In this document: one piece after another, positions 36,956-50,600 of the stretch
How the letters are laid out: each line of letters starts with the position of its first letter
How positions within the stretch are numbered: the first letter of the stretch is position 1
Assembly (NCBI GenBank): GCA_013239625.1
Contig: MU054187.1
Location: 23,374,795 to 23,438,794 of the forward strand
DNA length: 64,000 nt
Source: Lama guanicoe
Taxonomy: Eukaryota
Direction of reading: 5' to 3'
The notes under the pieces: generated by a model
Told to the model about the DNA's origin: nothing
Seen by the model: only the letters and a program-made list of their open reading frames with translations
Database searches by the model: none
Made by a program: the position numbers and the translations under genes

Positions 36956-39259
36956 TGCAGACTATATTAAATGGCCAACTACTAATGTGGAGAAACAGTG
37001 AAAGCCTTCTTCTGCAGGTTATCTGAGGGTGTCTAACCATGATTCACTGCCTAGTAACCTTCCTACCCCAAGACATTTATATCTGGAACAGATATTTTGG
37101 CAACTTTCAGCAGGCCGAATGAAGAGGTGAGAAATACACAAGATGTGAAATTAAACATGCCAGGAAAAATAATGAAATTTTTAGAACTTAAAAGCACAGC
37201 CTGATAAATTTATTTCAAGCCTATGAACTAACTGAACGCATGCCTACCTTTGAAAGTTGGTTGCCTGACTTCTGGAGAGTCAATGGCCTTGCCTGGCTGA
37301 GCTAACAAGAATCCCTGATTCCACACTTTTCAATTCTGGGGATCTGATTGTACACCATTTCCCTTCCTTAATGGCAGGGCACTTGCTTGTATGACCTTTG
37401 TGAAAGATGGTTCAACCTGCTGTTACAATAAAAAGTGAAGGGCTTTAATGCCTCTTCTTGCATATAGAATGTAAGTCATGGTCTAGTTTACAAAAGAAGT
37501 GTCAAGAATTAGAAGTTTGTTTTACCATCAGCAACAATTTGCTGATTCTGTGGTTAGTTGGTTGCCTCCTCCTTTGGAATTCAGTGAACCTGTGCAAAAC
37601 CTCTCAGTTTCTGTCTCTTGGAGTCAAGAATGCTGATCAGCCATGGCTGGGTTTTTTTGGTTTTTGTTTTTCCTTTGTTTTCATTCTGAGAGACAGCCAC
37701 AGTGGAGGAGACAAGGAGAGAGCACAAATATTACATTTCACTTTGTTGTGATTTTTCTTTCAAACAGCTGTTTTATTTCGGATAATAAATAGCTCTGCTG
37801 ACAAAACCAATTTTTGCTATGTTCCTTTACACTTTTGGCAAAACTCACAAAAACATCAGGCTGTGTTCTCTAGATTTCATTCAAATAACGTGTTTTTGAC
37901 AGTTCTGTTTTATTTCTTCCACTTTTTCAGCTTTGCCGACCAAGTCCATCCCATCAAAACAGAAATACGCCCTTCAGCACCTGGGTCTCTTATCTGTTCC
38001 TAGCATCATGAGAGAAATTTTAAACTAAATAACACGAAATAGAATTTTACTATGAGGCCAGCTGTCAAACGAAACTTCGCACCTTCTACTGATGAAGAGT
38101 GATTTTTTTCTTTTTTTTAAATCCAAAGCAAGAGCAGCTGGAGCTGGTGCTACGTTCTTCCTAATAAAAATAAATCCTATTGTAAACAACCCTGGAGGAC
38201 ACCTGAGCTGTTCTGTTACAGCGGAGTTTTACTAAAAGTCACACGAGTCTGTAAATCACATCTAGCCTGCCCTGATAGAGCGTGAAAGCCACACACAGAA
38301 CTACGCTTCCAACCCATTAAGGAACAAACGGGTCCGCGCATGCCCACTCCACTCTTTTTCCCCTCTGCTTTCGAGACTTGTGTGTGTGTGTGTGTGGAGG
38401 GGGTGGTTTGGGAACTCCTTACACGTTAGGTTGCTGGGATAACTGAATGAGGACAAGGTGGGTGGAGACATTTGATAGTTGATAACAGAGGAAACGAAAA
38501 ACAAAAGGCTTGACCACGAGGGACAGGCTCCCTGTCCTGCCCACTGCTGAATGGAGCAATTTGGTTAAAACAGGGATTATAATTCAGAGAGGAAATCAGA
38601 TAAAGTTCAGACAATTCTCTGCAAGGAAACAATGTAATTAGTTTAACAAAATACTGCTGTTTTCATGGGCAGGCAGCCAGGACATGAGTCTAATTCGGCT
38701 TTGAATAAAAGGATTTTGTGCTGGGACTGCCGGGCTGCTAATTTATCTGTAGTTTCTTTGGTCTTGCCTGAAAAGAAATACTTTTTTATCTCTCGTGGGC
38801 TGTAAAAACGAAGAATGCAAGTCCTCTGTCAAGTACTCTTACTTACTTAGGAATTGGTATTACGTGTGCTGATGCTTAATATGTTTTTACCACCTTATTC
38901 CACAGATGTCAAGGAAAAGAGGAAAGTAAATGCCTGCTGCCCTATGTTCCTGAAACCAATTTTTTCATCTCTTTATCACTGCACTCTTCAAGTTGTGTGT
39001 AACGATTTATCTTCTCTGAAAGTGCACACCTGCAGAGCTGTGTTTAGCATATTGACAGTGGAATCTCACTATGTATTTATTTATTAAGGGAGAAGCTTTT
39101 GTATCTGCATATCTGTTGTCCTGTTGTCATATATTCCTCACATTGTTAGGCTGAATAGTCCAAAGGTGTTCACTTAAAATGATATTTAAGGAGTGAGTTT
39201 CTTGAGAGGAACATATCCCAAGGTTTGGGGACTTATTTTATTCTATTTTATTTTACCTA

Positions 39260-39425
39260 CCATTTAATACGTACTAGATGGTCTTCATGCATGATCTCAC
39301 TTAAAGCCCTCAAAACTCTATTGACGTAATAAGTATTGTGCCCATTTCAGAAATAGGAAAATCGAGGCTCAGAGAATTACATGGCTTGCCTGAAGTCTCT
39401 TTGATTAAGTGGCCAAGTCAGGACC
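39260..39425 (-). mobile_element. MIR SINE
   Basis: cccatttcagaaataggaaaatcgaggctcagagaattacatggcttgcctgaagtc. Confidence 0.75.
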
Positions 39426-39923
39426 AATAGTAGAAGCCTCAGTTGAAAGGAGGGGGTCAGGAGAGATAAGGGTGTGTTTTCTTTTCTTGGGTGACTTTTG
39501 AGTATGTTTCAGATAGTATGTCAACAAGAGGTTTCTTGGGCCTGAGGAAAAGGTATTTTAGAAAGGAGTATGAGGTAAACTCTTCAAGAATTAGGTGCAG
39601 GAGATTTGGAGAATTGATATAAGATAGAGCCTTTTTGTTATCTTGTTTTAATTTGCCTGCTCATTCATCAACTAGAAATTCGACTTGCTTGCTCATCTAG
39701 TAACATATTGGATTAGGATCCAAATATTTCAGTTCCAAAGCCCCTCTGCTCTGATTGACTGCATTATTTATTTTCTTAGTTCTCCATTTCAAAAGAGATG
39801 TGTCTTTGGGTTTTACTTTTTGTGTCAGTAGCTACTTGTGACCGTAGGGAGTCTACGCGGAAGACTGTAGAGGGAAGACAGGGTGGTTATCAGTCATTTT
39901 CCTCATAAGTACTTTTGGGGAGG

Positions 39924-40320
39924 TTCAGTAGGCTGAAAATGGTCACCAACGGGGGCCCACCACCTGGTCCCTGGAGCTGAGAATGTCTCACTTGATTTAG
40001 CAAAAAGGTATTTACAAACGTGATCAAGTTAAGGGTCTTTGGATGAGGGAGAAGACCGTCACTTATCTCAGGGGACCAATCACAAGAGTTCTTATAAGAG
40101 GGAGGCAGTAGATTTAGAGCCAGTGAAAGAGATCTGACCATGTTAAGATGCTGGCTTTGAAGATGAAGGAAAGAGGCATCAGCCAAAAAATGCAAGTGGC
40201 TTCCAGAAGCAAATAAATCAGTGACCCTCTGAAAGGAACCAGCCCTGTCTGACACCTGGATTTTAGGACTTTGGACTTCCAGACCTGGAAAAGAAAAAAA
40301 TCTGTGGTTCAGGCTTAATC
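39924..40320 (+). mobile_element. MLT1D-like MaLR solo LTR
   Basis: gtaggctgaaaatgg...aatcacaagagttcttataagagggaggcag...gctggctttgaagatgaaggaaagagg...aggaaccagccctgtctgacacctggattttag. Confidence 0.85.
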
Positions 40321-40369
40321 TCTTCACAAGCATGATCTGAAGTTCCTTGTGATCGATGGATGGAACATG

Positions 40370-40570
40370 CTAAAAATGGTTCAAGGACCTGGGTAGAAGT
40401 TAAGATGTATGACCTTCTGGTTTTCCCTGCTATTGTGATACTTGAGAACTTGGGTTGTCTATTTCTCTCTCTGTAAGGAAGGGTGAAGCAACGGACTTGC
40501 CCATCTCAAAGACCGGCTGTTTAGCTTCATTTGTCAAAGCTTGTAAAATACTGTGAAGATAATAATGCTA
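40370..40570 (+). mobile_element. Degraded MIR
   Basis: tctatttctctctctgtaagg...ttgtaaaatactgtgaagat. Confidence 0.4.
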
Positions 40571-41367
40571 ATCTTTAATCAACTAGGCAAGAAGACAACT
40601 AAATGAAAGACGGGAGAGTGCCTTGCAACACAGTATCTGATAGCGTTCTTGTTGCGCAAACCGATGGAGAACTGTATTTAAAATACAATTTCCATAATCT
40701 GCCCTACCAAAGTGATGAATTAAGGTTTAGTGTTTCCATTTCCCTGTTTATCTTGACTGCTTAAATTCAATTGCTTTAATTAAAATTGTATTGAGAAAGC
40801 ATTTTCCAATACAGACTTTCAAAGGCCATTGGGAGTTATGATCTACTATGTCCTTTTCACATTATAATATTTTAAGACTCATCACTTACGTTCCTCAAAA
40901 GCAAAAACAAATGTTCCTCCTTAAATTAATAGTTACTGTTTCAACTAGCAAGTCACAGAGCAGGTCACAAAATGGAGTTTCTAGGTTAGTGGTGGGGAGA
41001 GAGATTTTCTAACCATTTTCTCTATGAAATCTGTTTACCTTGTTGAAACACACAGAGACATATTGCAACAAAAATAGACACTCCAATTCAATGAATAGAG
41101 TAGCTGATAGTAAGTACACACCAACCAGGTCAATTTAGCATTTCTTTGGTAAATCAACAGTCAACCATACTTTATTGTACTTTGAGGGTCATGAGTTAGG
41201 AATTGAACAGTAGCAGAGTACCACCAGATCTGGTAACTACCCCCACAGGGATAAATTTGGATGGTTGGTCATATAAAAGTCCCACCCATTCATTGCTTAC
41301 CCCGTCATTCTACATATTATAAACCACCAAGCCAGAGGAAACCGTTCTACCTCAAGGCCATGGCCAA

Positions 41368-41420
41368 CCTCCCTCCTTCCTTCCTTCCTTCTTTCCTTTC
41401 CCTTCCCCCCTCCCTCCTTT
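41368..41420. repeat. (CCTT)n-like pyrimidine tract at the L1 tail
   Basis: cctccctccttccttccttccttctttcctttccc... Confidence 0.9.
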
Positions 41421-42860
41421 CCTTCCCTCCTTCCTTCCCTTTATATTTTAATGTAATTCTAGAATTACAGAAACATTTCAAGAATAATGTAAGGAATTCT
41501 TATATACCGTTTATCAAGATTCACAAATGTTTGCATTTTGCTCCATTTGCTTTACCATCCATTCTTTCCCTGTTTTGCTTCCCTCCCTCTCTCTCTCTCT
41601 GACCCTTTGAAAGTTAGGTGAGATCATCACACCCTTTTACATCTAAGTGCTTCACTATGTATTTCCTGAGTACAACTATATTCTCTTGGACAAATTATTA
41701 AAACCAAGAAATTATGTATATAGCAAAATGTTTTTCTAATCCATGTCTCATACTCAGATTTTGTCAAGTGCCCCAGTGAAATACTTTATGGTTGTTATTT
41801 TCGTAGTCCAGGACCAAACATTGCAATCAGTGGTCATGTCTATTTACTCTCCTTTAATTCGAAGGGGTTTCTCAGATTTCCTTTGTGTTTCTTGACCTTG
41901 ACATTGTTGAAGATTAGTTGCCAATTACTTTATATAGAATTTTTTTTTTTGGTGTTTCCTCATCATTGGTTTCAGGTTATGTATTTTGGAGAGGAATACC
42001 ATGATATTCTTCTTCCTTAGTGCTTCCTATAAGAAGGCATGCTGTATTTTGCTGGTGTTGGTAATATTAATTCTATCACTTTGTTATTGTTGTATCTACC
42101 GAGTTTCTTCACTAAAAAATTACTTTTTCCATTTGTAATTAATAAGCAATTTGTGGGGTGATAATTTGAGAGTATATAAATATTCTACACATCATTAAAA
42201 TTTAATCCACCAATTTGTGTTCCATTGATGCTTTTCTAACTTCATCATCCTTTCTATATTTATTGGCTAGCTTCCCACCATAATGAAGAGTTTTCCCTTC
42301 TCTTCCATTTATATTCATTTATATATTTGTATAAGTAGTGACCCATGGAGTTTTCTTTTAGTCACTGTGTTATAACCCATCACTATCTTTTTTTTTTTTT
42401 GATATTAAAATTGTTCCAGATTTGGCTACTTTGATGACTTGATGCCCCTTCAGGAGGATTCCTGTGTTTTTTGAATGACCTTATCCATCTTGGAACACTT
42501 CCTTACTTTCTGGCACAAGAAGATATTCCAGGTACTTCTTATAGTTGCCCTGTTTCAGCCCTGGAATCAGCCTTCTCCCTAAGGAATCACGGTTCATTTT
42601 AATGGACCATGGAATTTAGAAACCAAGGTTTGAGTGCCTTTTGTTTTTTCATTGCTGCTAGAAGGTCATTTGTTTTAGGTCCTCTTAGTTAACAGAGTTA
42701 GGATATATGTAGCTGTATATACATATACAGGCCCATATCTAAATGTATTTTCATATCTGCCTATCACAAGATATATTTTCAATGGATTTTAATCTATGAA
42801 TTTATAATGATAAATGTATCTACCTGTAGTACATTCTTCTCTTTCCAAATTTGCCCAGCT
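41421..42860 (-). mobile_element. L1MC4/L1MC5-type 3' region
   Basis: gaattacagaaacatttcaagaataatgtaaggaa...atttgtaattaataagcaatttgtgggg...cacttccttactttctggcacaagaagatattccagg...cagccctggaatcagcc. Confidence 0.85.
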
Positions 42861-44914
42861 ATTAAGTAAAAGAACTTAAACTTGATCTTAGATTTCCCTG
42901 ATTCTAAAAGTCCATATTCAAAATCACTGATGTTAAAACTTACTGTTCAAGCCCCGTCCACCCTACAGGTACACCCTCTGTTCACCAGTCTGCAATCAAT
43001 TATGCTAATTCAATGCCCCCTATTACTATTCATTCTCCCTGAAGTTAAACAAATTATCAAGACAGAAGTTACTTTATGTGCTCAGATCTGACAAAATATT
43101 GCAGCTCACATTTTTTTTCTTCTAGGTCTAACAACATGATAGGCAGTACTTTTTTTTTTTTAATTTGTTTCTTGTCCTTGATGAGAGGCATAGTGAATAG
43201 GTTCAGAACTGACATGTCTATTTCTAGTAACTCTGAAGTGATCATGTTCCAGAGCATCCTTTTCACATATCAATTTGAAAACTTCCCCCACTTTCTATAG
43301 AGCAAATACAGAGTTCTGTTCTAAAAATTGAACTATATAACTCAAATAATACACATCATAGTTTCTCTTGCTTTCATTTCGTGTACAACGCACCACAATT
43401 TTTCTCATACTTGTTTCCGTAAACTTGCCCTGAGCCAGCTGAGTGAAGCAGCATCTGCAGATTTCTGTTTCTTTAAATCCTGGAAAGCCTGAAAATCAGG
43501 AATCAGCATAGAACAATATTCATCATATTTTTCTCCAACGCATGCAAATCATTTTTAGCTACCAGAGATTTTTCTAAGTTTCCTGGAATCCTCCCCTTGA
43601 CATTGCCCTAATCATTCAAATTAGCAATGCAATTCAGCGTGAACATTCTAGATTTCATAAGCTGTCTGTGACTATTAGCCTTTTTGCTTAGGAGCCAGTT
43701 ACAAGAGCGTATTTGACCCCAACACTAGAAAAACCTTCCACTGGAGTTCTGGAGAGATAAGGACTATGCGAAAATTCAAGTGGAAATTGTTTAATCAATT
43801 TGTCAAAGGAAGGAATCCACAGGTTTGTTCTCTTCCAGCCCAGAGACTAGAGCACTGTATATAAACCCTTCCCACCACCACAGTGAGCGACAGAGACACC
43901 AATTGTTCTGCTATTTCTGACATCAGATATCAAAAGTATGGATGCTCCTTATTTTTAGCAAAGTCCATGGGACTGAAATATTAATGGCTCTTATTATTAA
44001 CATTAACTATGATACTGTATTGTACTGACATTGTGGAAATGTAAGCCAAAATAGTTTCTCCTTTCTGTAATTAAAAGTCTACAAAATAAGCCCCCCCTTA
44101 AAATAAAATATGCTTCTTTTGTTCACCTTTAATGGACATTTTAAAATAATTTTAAAGAAATTTAATTTAAAAAATAAAAACTGTTTCTGACCATGAGTGA
44201 GAATTAGAGATCAGTATATTTTTTTCTTTAATTAGATGCTAGAAATACTCTGTTTTATAGAAAGTATTAATTATTTTTCTTTAAAAAGAGTATTTCTGCC
44301 CCAGGTAGATGATGTGATCAGAGTAGATAGAGCCTTGAAAATTTTTATTAACATGGAATTAACAGTAGCATTTAATTTGTAAATGTAATTCACGTAAGTA
44401 GCCTTGGAAGGGTTAAATTGCAAAACTCTGAAAGAAAAACAGGGAAAAAGCATCTGATTGTTAGACACAAGATGTACCAAACAATGATTTTGGCGTGGAG
44501 AAGAATTTTAGTTGACAGACAACATAGGCATTGCTTTTTTCCAGTCCTAAAGCACTCTTGCGTAAACCCTTCCTACCCCCACAGTGAGCGGAACAGAGGA
44601 AAATTACTCTGACAGCTGACTTGCAGCAGGCGTTTTGGAGAAGTTCTGAGCCTGTATCTCAAGCCTTCCAGGCAACTGTAGCATAGAAAATCGGAAAAGC
44701 TATAAACACGTAGGGGAGTTATGATTAAACAATGAACATGTACAAAGAGAAAGAGAGAGAGATGAAAAGTTCTAAGACAAGAAAAAGACCATTCAGTTAC
44801 ATCCATCATGGCTATGGAAAGAACCGGAAAATGGATCAGCAGGCAACATAGAAACATAGTAACGAAAGCGGAAGAGCATTGGAGTAGGGATGGAGCAAAC
44901 AGTCCTTTAGCCAC

Positions 44915-45486
44915 ATCCAGTCTGACTCCCAGACCTGAGACGTGAGGTCTCTCTCTTAGGCTCCTGCTTTAGAGCGCTTCTGACGGTGCCCCTCCTCACA
45001 AGGTGTGGAATGGACAAGACTGGGTGGTTGTGCCCACCTGAAGGTGACACACACACACACACACACTCTCGGGCACCTGGGGCCCTGGAATTCTCTACCC
45101 AAATAACTCTGATCCTGCTCCCAGAGCCTGTGTGGGTTTGTCCGTGTGAGTGTAGACCGTACCATCGAGGCTCGCAGGGAGTAGCCATCAGTTGGTGAGC
45201 TGGTGGAAGGAGTTTGGATGTGTGGCTGCTTGAGATGCAGGATCAAGCCAGGGATGGAAAGAGAAATGCGGCGGTCATGGGCCTGGCCTGCATTCACGCA
45301 CTGCGTCTCCTCTACCCCAACGTGGGGCAGAAGTCTGAGAATTCTAGAGGTCTGTTTATCAAGGGAGAAGAGTCGAATGCATTTAGTCTTGGCTTGGCTT
45401 ATCATGATTAATATTTAGCTGTTTGGTATGTGGGCCTCCCTTTGTATTTTTGGCCCACGCCCCATAATCGTTATGGGTGGGGCATG
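44915..45486 (+). mobile_element. FordPrefect-like hAT-Tip100 DNA transposon with internal (CA)n
   Basis: 3' end aatatttagctgtttggtatgtgggcctccctttgtatttttggccc...gttatgggtggggcatg matches the FordPrefect terminus; 5' boundary uncertain. Confidence 0.6.
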
Positions 45487-45924
45487 ACTAGCAAAACCTG
45501 ATTTTTGAGTTTTCTTCATTCACTACAGAGAAGAGAGATTTTAGTTAATACAAGAAACAAACTAAAAATCATATAAATCTGGCGTGTATACATATATGGC
45601 TATCTATTTGTTTTGGTTTCAAGTGTATATTTGATTTGTATATTGTTTAAGTTAACTTTTCATGAACAGTACGACGTGCTTTCTAGCAGAAAGGGCTTTA
45701 TTCACTCTTACCTAATTGTTTTTGTTGTCATTATAAAGTCCTTTACATATAATTGAATATGGATGCTAGAACCAAAGAAATTTAAATGTCAAATGTTATC
45801 AAGATTCTGGTGCCCAGATTGTATTAACCAGTCCCCTCTTTTAAACTAGAGATGACTAAGACCTGGTCTTGCATGACCATGTCCCACACGAGCCCCGAGA
45901 AATCAACTTACCTTCTTAAGACCT

Positions 45925-46010
45925 TGAAATCTGGGGGCTGGAAGTAGCTTTGAATAATCTAGTTCAAGAACTTCATTTTACAAGTTTGGGAACTGAGGCC
46001 CAGAAAGACA
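45925..46010 (-). mobile_element. MIR3/MIRc-like fragment
   Basis: atctagttcaagaacttcattttacaagtttgggaactgaggcccagaaag. Confidence 0.65.
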
Positions 46011-46139
46011 CCATTTCACGCCAACTGCTAACCTGTGGTACACCAAAAGTAATTCACTTGGTCTAAAAGGTAGAAATCTCTCAATGATTTTTAAACATTT
46101 TTAACTCCATGAATGTGTCCCAGTCTTGAGGCTGAATGT

Positions 46140-46255
46140 GTATTGATTTTCAAGATTGCTATCAAAATGCAGATACCTCTAGGGGATGTACAGGTATCTG
46201 CATTTTAAGCTAAGCTAATCGATAGCTCAGATCTTCGAAACTGAACACAGTCTAG
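46140..46255. mobile_element. Internally deleted MER5A-like element
   Basis: aaaatgcagatacct...aggtatctgcatttt is the MER5A internal palindrome. Confidence 0.5.
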
Positions 46256-47047
46256 AAGCCAACAGTTTGAAGGGCAGGAAACAGGCAGGATAAGGAGGTG
46301 TGCTGACAAGTGAGCTGGGAGGGAGCCGCAAAAGCACAGTTGTGCTGAGGGCCAATCCTACGTGTAGGAAGATGCTGACTTGAGAAAAGTGGCCCAGTTA
46401 TGGAAGCCGCAACATAGAACATGCTTTATGGCAAACAGGAAGTGACAAAAATAACTACCTTTTCAACACAAGCAGCAGATTTAAATGGTGTGCAATGAAT
46501 TTTTTTATCTATCAATTAGATTGCAAACGAGAAACTCATGGATAATAAGGCTGCCTCAGTCTGTCACTTCAGGAGACTGTTTAAAAATAGAATGCTGCTG
46601 GAAAACAGGAGAAGCGTAATCAATACTGTGATTAATGACAGTAATTTTACACAAACATCTGGGCAATTAAATATGCTCTTTATAAGGTGTTTCACCTCGT
46701 GACTAAGGGAAGAATGAATGAGTTTCGACTCCAACGTCACTGTCAGTATATTGAATAATTCACAGCCACAAACAAATTCAAACTGGAACATTTCCAGCTG
46801 TCAAATATACAGAAAGTCTTTTACTTAGAAGAAAATATACTCTGGATTGCCTCTTCATTCTGCAATCTTTGTTCATTAGATTAATTACATGCATACACAC
46901 ACTGTCAATTGTATCGTCAAACTTAGGCTAGGCATTATGGGAAATTATAGGAATGTCTCATGTGGCCCCTATTCCCAGGAAAGGAAAGATTTCTGTTGGC
47001 TAAGCAAAGAATATTCTCAGGAAAGAATTAGCTAGAAATGGCAAATG

Positions 47048-47198
47048 GCTGTGCTTCCAAACCATGGCCAAGCATCAAAAATATTTGAAGTGTTTGTTAA
47101 ATTTAATTCAGCAAGTCTGAAGTGGAACTCAGGAATCTGTATGGCCACGCAGTGACTTAAATGTCCATGACAATCAGCCATCTTTGAGAAACACTGCA
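47048..47198. mobile_element. MER5A/B-like element
   Basis: gtgcttccaaacc...ctcaggaatctgtat...tttgagaaacactgc. Confidence 0.7.
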
Positions 47199-47679
47199 AT
47201 ATTATAGTAAAGGATGCATGATATAAAATTCATTTCTAAAATACATGATCAAGAGATGAAACTCTTTTACCTCCAAAATAGCTCCAAATGAACTGCTGTT
47301 TTTTTTAACGAAACCTTGTTATCTTAATAATCCTCTCATTTCAATCATCTTTAGAGTCCTGGAATAGAAAAAGACTAGTACAAACAATGATTTTTATAGC
47401 CAGAGGACAGAAGGGTCAGGGAGATGATCTGCTTGGTTCCCAAAATTTAGCCAGTGATTCACTGGGCTGCTGTCCAGCTCTACTCACCACGTCGTACCAC
47501 CCTTCTTAGTGTAAGTGATACTATTCGCTAAAATATTTTAGTAGCTTTGCTTCTAGTTTAAATACTTGGATACCTAATAGTAAGACAGCTGACAATGTTA
47601 CATCTCTTATATCTTTCAGGGAAAAAAAAGTTCTTATGGCTAAATTCTCATAATATTTTACAGCCAGAAAATTCAGGCC

Positions 47680-50600
47680 ATGCGCAATGCCTTCAGTTAA
47701 GTTGATAATGATATTAGTCACGAGAAAGCATTGCTGTAAAAAAAGACTACTCTGTTTGTAAAAACTGAGACAGGGAAGAATATCCACTGGCAAATTGGTT
47801 ACTGTGATTCCAAGCTTGTCCCCTTCAACTCCCAGATCATTCAGTGAAACTATTAGCCACCATCTGTGCATCAGGGTAGACACTTCGGTGTTTCTCCTTC
47901 CAGGCAAAGTGAAGCTTCATCACTTCAAGAATTTCTTTTCCCTGCTCTCCTACAAGGGCACTCCTGAGTTGGACCTTGCAGCAGGTCTAGGTAAATCAAG
48001 GATTTGCATTACTTTTTAATGCAACTTGTGTATCAGGACTTGCGTCGACCTCATCCAGAATATACCATTTCTACCTGATAATGGAGACCTACTGGCATGC
48101 TTAACTTTGATTCAGTTCGTAGAAACGTGTGGTTGGTGATTCAGTATTTAATAGGGTACAGTAGCAAGTCAAGAGTCAGTTTTCAAAATCAGAATAGTTA
48201 CTTGATGTTAAGAGCATGATTCTGTTCCAGAGCTCTAAAGATTTCTCTTAGGATGGACTGTTTTGTGTTGAATCCACCACATTTAAAACATAAGTAGATA
48301 CGCTGGTTAATGACAGCCAGACAAATTGTTTACGCTATGGGCAAATACTTCTTTCTGTGAGCCCCACTCAAATCTAGCAGCCTTACACCATTAAGTAAGT
48401 TGGAGGGCATTTCCAAAACAGTTCATGTGATGCTTTCTTGATGGTAGTGTCTGCAGGGTACTAATAATTTGTTATTGCTAATTTATGTTACTAATTTGCA
48501 GGAAATATTCTAGCTTGTTCTAAATAATTAGACACCTAGATATTTCTTTGGATTGGATAAACCTCTTTATGACATTCCTTTTCTGTATGCTGGCATGCAT
48601 GCCTATGCATCTCCCAGCTCGTCCTATCCAGATTCTATCAGCACACTGTCATCAGCGTAGGTGGCAGACAAGAATTCTATGTAAGGGTAAGAATGATTTA
48701 TTTCCCTTCAAACTAATTATAACACAGATTTGACATAGCATGGTGCAATATGGCAAAGGTGTACTGCTATCCTTGCCAAGTAAAAAAACTGAAGAAGACA
48801 CTGTGTGCTAATTGGGATCATTTTTTTTTTAAATCATCTGTCAGATGAGTAGCTGCAAGTCAAGTGACAGAGCCTGTACAATGTATTCCAGTAAAGAGAT
48901 CGCATCTGAAACACCCATGACAATTTAAATCACCATCTGACCATCATTACAATAATCCATCATCATTCTCCAGAACCCATTCATATTCTTTACTGGATGA
49001 AGTGAGGAATTAAATGGTTATGTAGTAGCAAAAATAATCTTTGAATTTTTCAAATCTTTGATGATGGCCCTAACATTTTTTGCATTATCCAAGGGAAGTA
49101 GTTTTAATTTTCTTATGAGGAAGGAGTCCTGGGGGCTTCCATTTGTCCTAGTTACTATAATCATTCTTTATTTAAATGAATACTGAAGATAAAGACTCTA
49201 ACAGAGGCTAAATGTAATGTTCCTAATTGATTAGGGAAATGACCATAGCATATATTAGGATTCTACTGGGGCTACATTGAATCAAAAACTCCTTCCATAA
49301 GACACCTGCCTAGAAGACCAGAGTTGCTATTCAGGTCTTTAGGAATTAGAGTTAGTGCAAAGTCAGTGTAAAAATATCTCTAAAAAGTCTGGCTAATTAT
49401 CTCACTGTGGAACATAATTACTCTGGCAATGGCCACAGATCCTTTTAGGAAAGATTAGAGGAAAAATTTACTGTCACAACTGTGATAATATTAAAATGTT
49501 CCTCCTCTAAAATGACTGAGTGTTTCTTTTTTATTTCAATAGACGTTGAGTCCATGAACTGATTCAAGTCTGAGAACTGACTTAGGTCCACTGAGAAAGC
49601 TCTGACTCTGTTTTCAGGTGGTTGGAGTCAGGCCTCTGCTCACTCAATTTATTATTTTTATCAGTTCTGCAATTCAGATGAAACTTTGTGGGATGCTCTT
49701 CTGTGTTGGTTAGATCCACTAACCAGGTGTAATGGTAACCACACATCCCTTGCCTCTAATGGTCAATTATTGTTACTTGGGCTTTTCCATTCTTGGAATC
49801 TAACACTGAAATATTAATGTAATTCTCATTGAAATAGTAAGCCTTCTTGTCTGCAATTTCTCCAGTAGCATCCCTGCATAGCAGAGAACAACCAGTAAAG
49901 GATTTTTTCAAAGTGAATAATGTTCCTCTCCCCATCACAGGGACTGCCTTCTGGGGCGTCATCTGGGAATATGACTGGATGTAGCTGAATGAGTTATTTG
50001 TGGTATATTCACCCCATTTCATCTCACTAAGTCTTTGGAGCCTTCTTCTTTATATTATCAAGGAACGTTTAGTATCTCATCTGCAATTTATGGGAACCAA
50101 TACTGATTCTAGCTTTACAATATTCCCTGCTTCTTCACCTAGCTCATTTGCTATGGAATCTCTAGTAATTAAATCCATACTGATAAACTTAGCCAATTAA
50201 GAAATATATTTTTTGTTGTTGAACACCTTCAGAATCCTTCCCTATACAAATCCCTAGACCATAGCTGACACAAACTAGCTAAATTTTGTTATTTAAGTTG
50301 TTTCCTCCAATATTTGACATTATAATTAATTAATTCCTCCTCAGGGCATGTTGGAATATGACTCTAACTTTTAGATCTGGAAATAATTAAATGAGTTAAG
50401 AATGAGGCAATGATTTTATTAACTTCTGTTTTGCAAGGTAACTCCACTGAAGAAGTTACCACAGGGTCTTTAAACAAGGCAGAAACAGCCTCATTAGTTT
50501 GGGGACAATACTTAAGCTCACAGTGAACTGGAAATTTTAAAGTACTTTGAATCCCATAAATTCTCTCACTTCAATGACTGTAGTTCTATTCTTTCCCAAC

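Noticed and set aside
44907..45418. Cluster of overlapping ORFs on both strands
   Set aside because: Explained by GC-richer DNA-transposon sequence and a (CA)n run; no protein similarity recognised.
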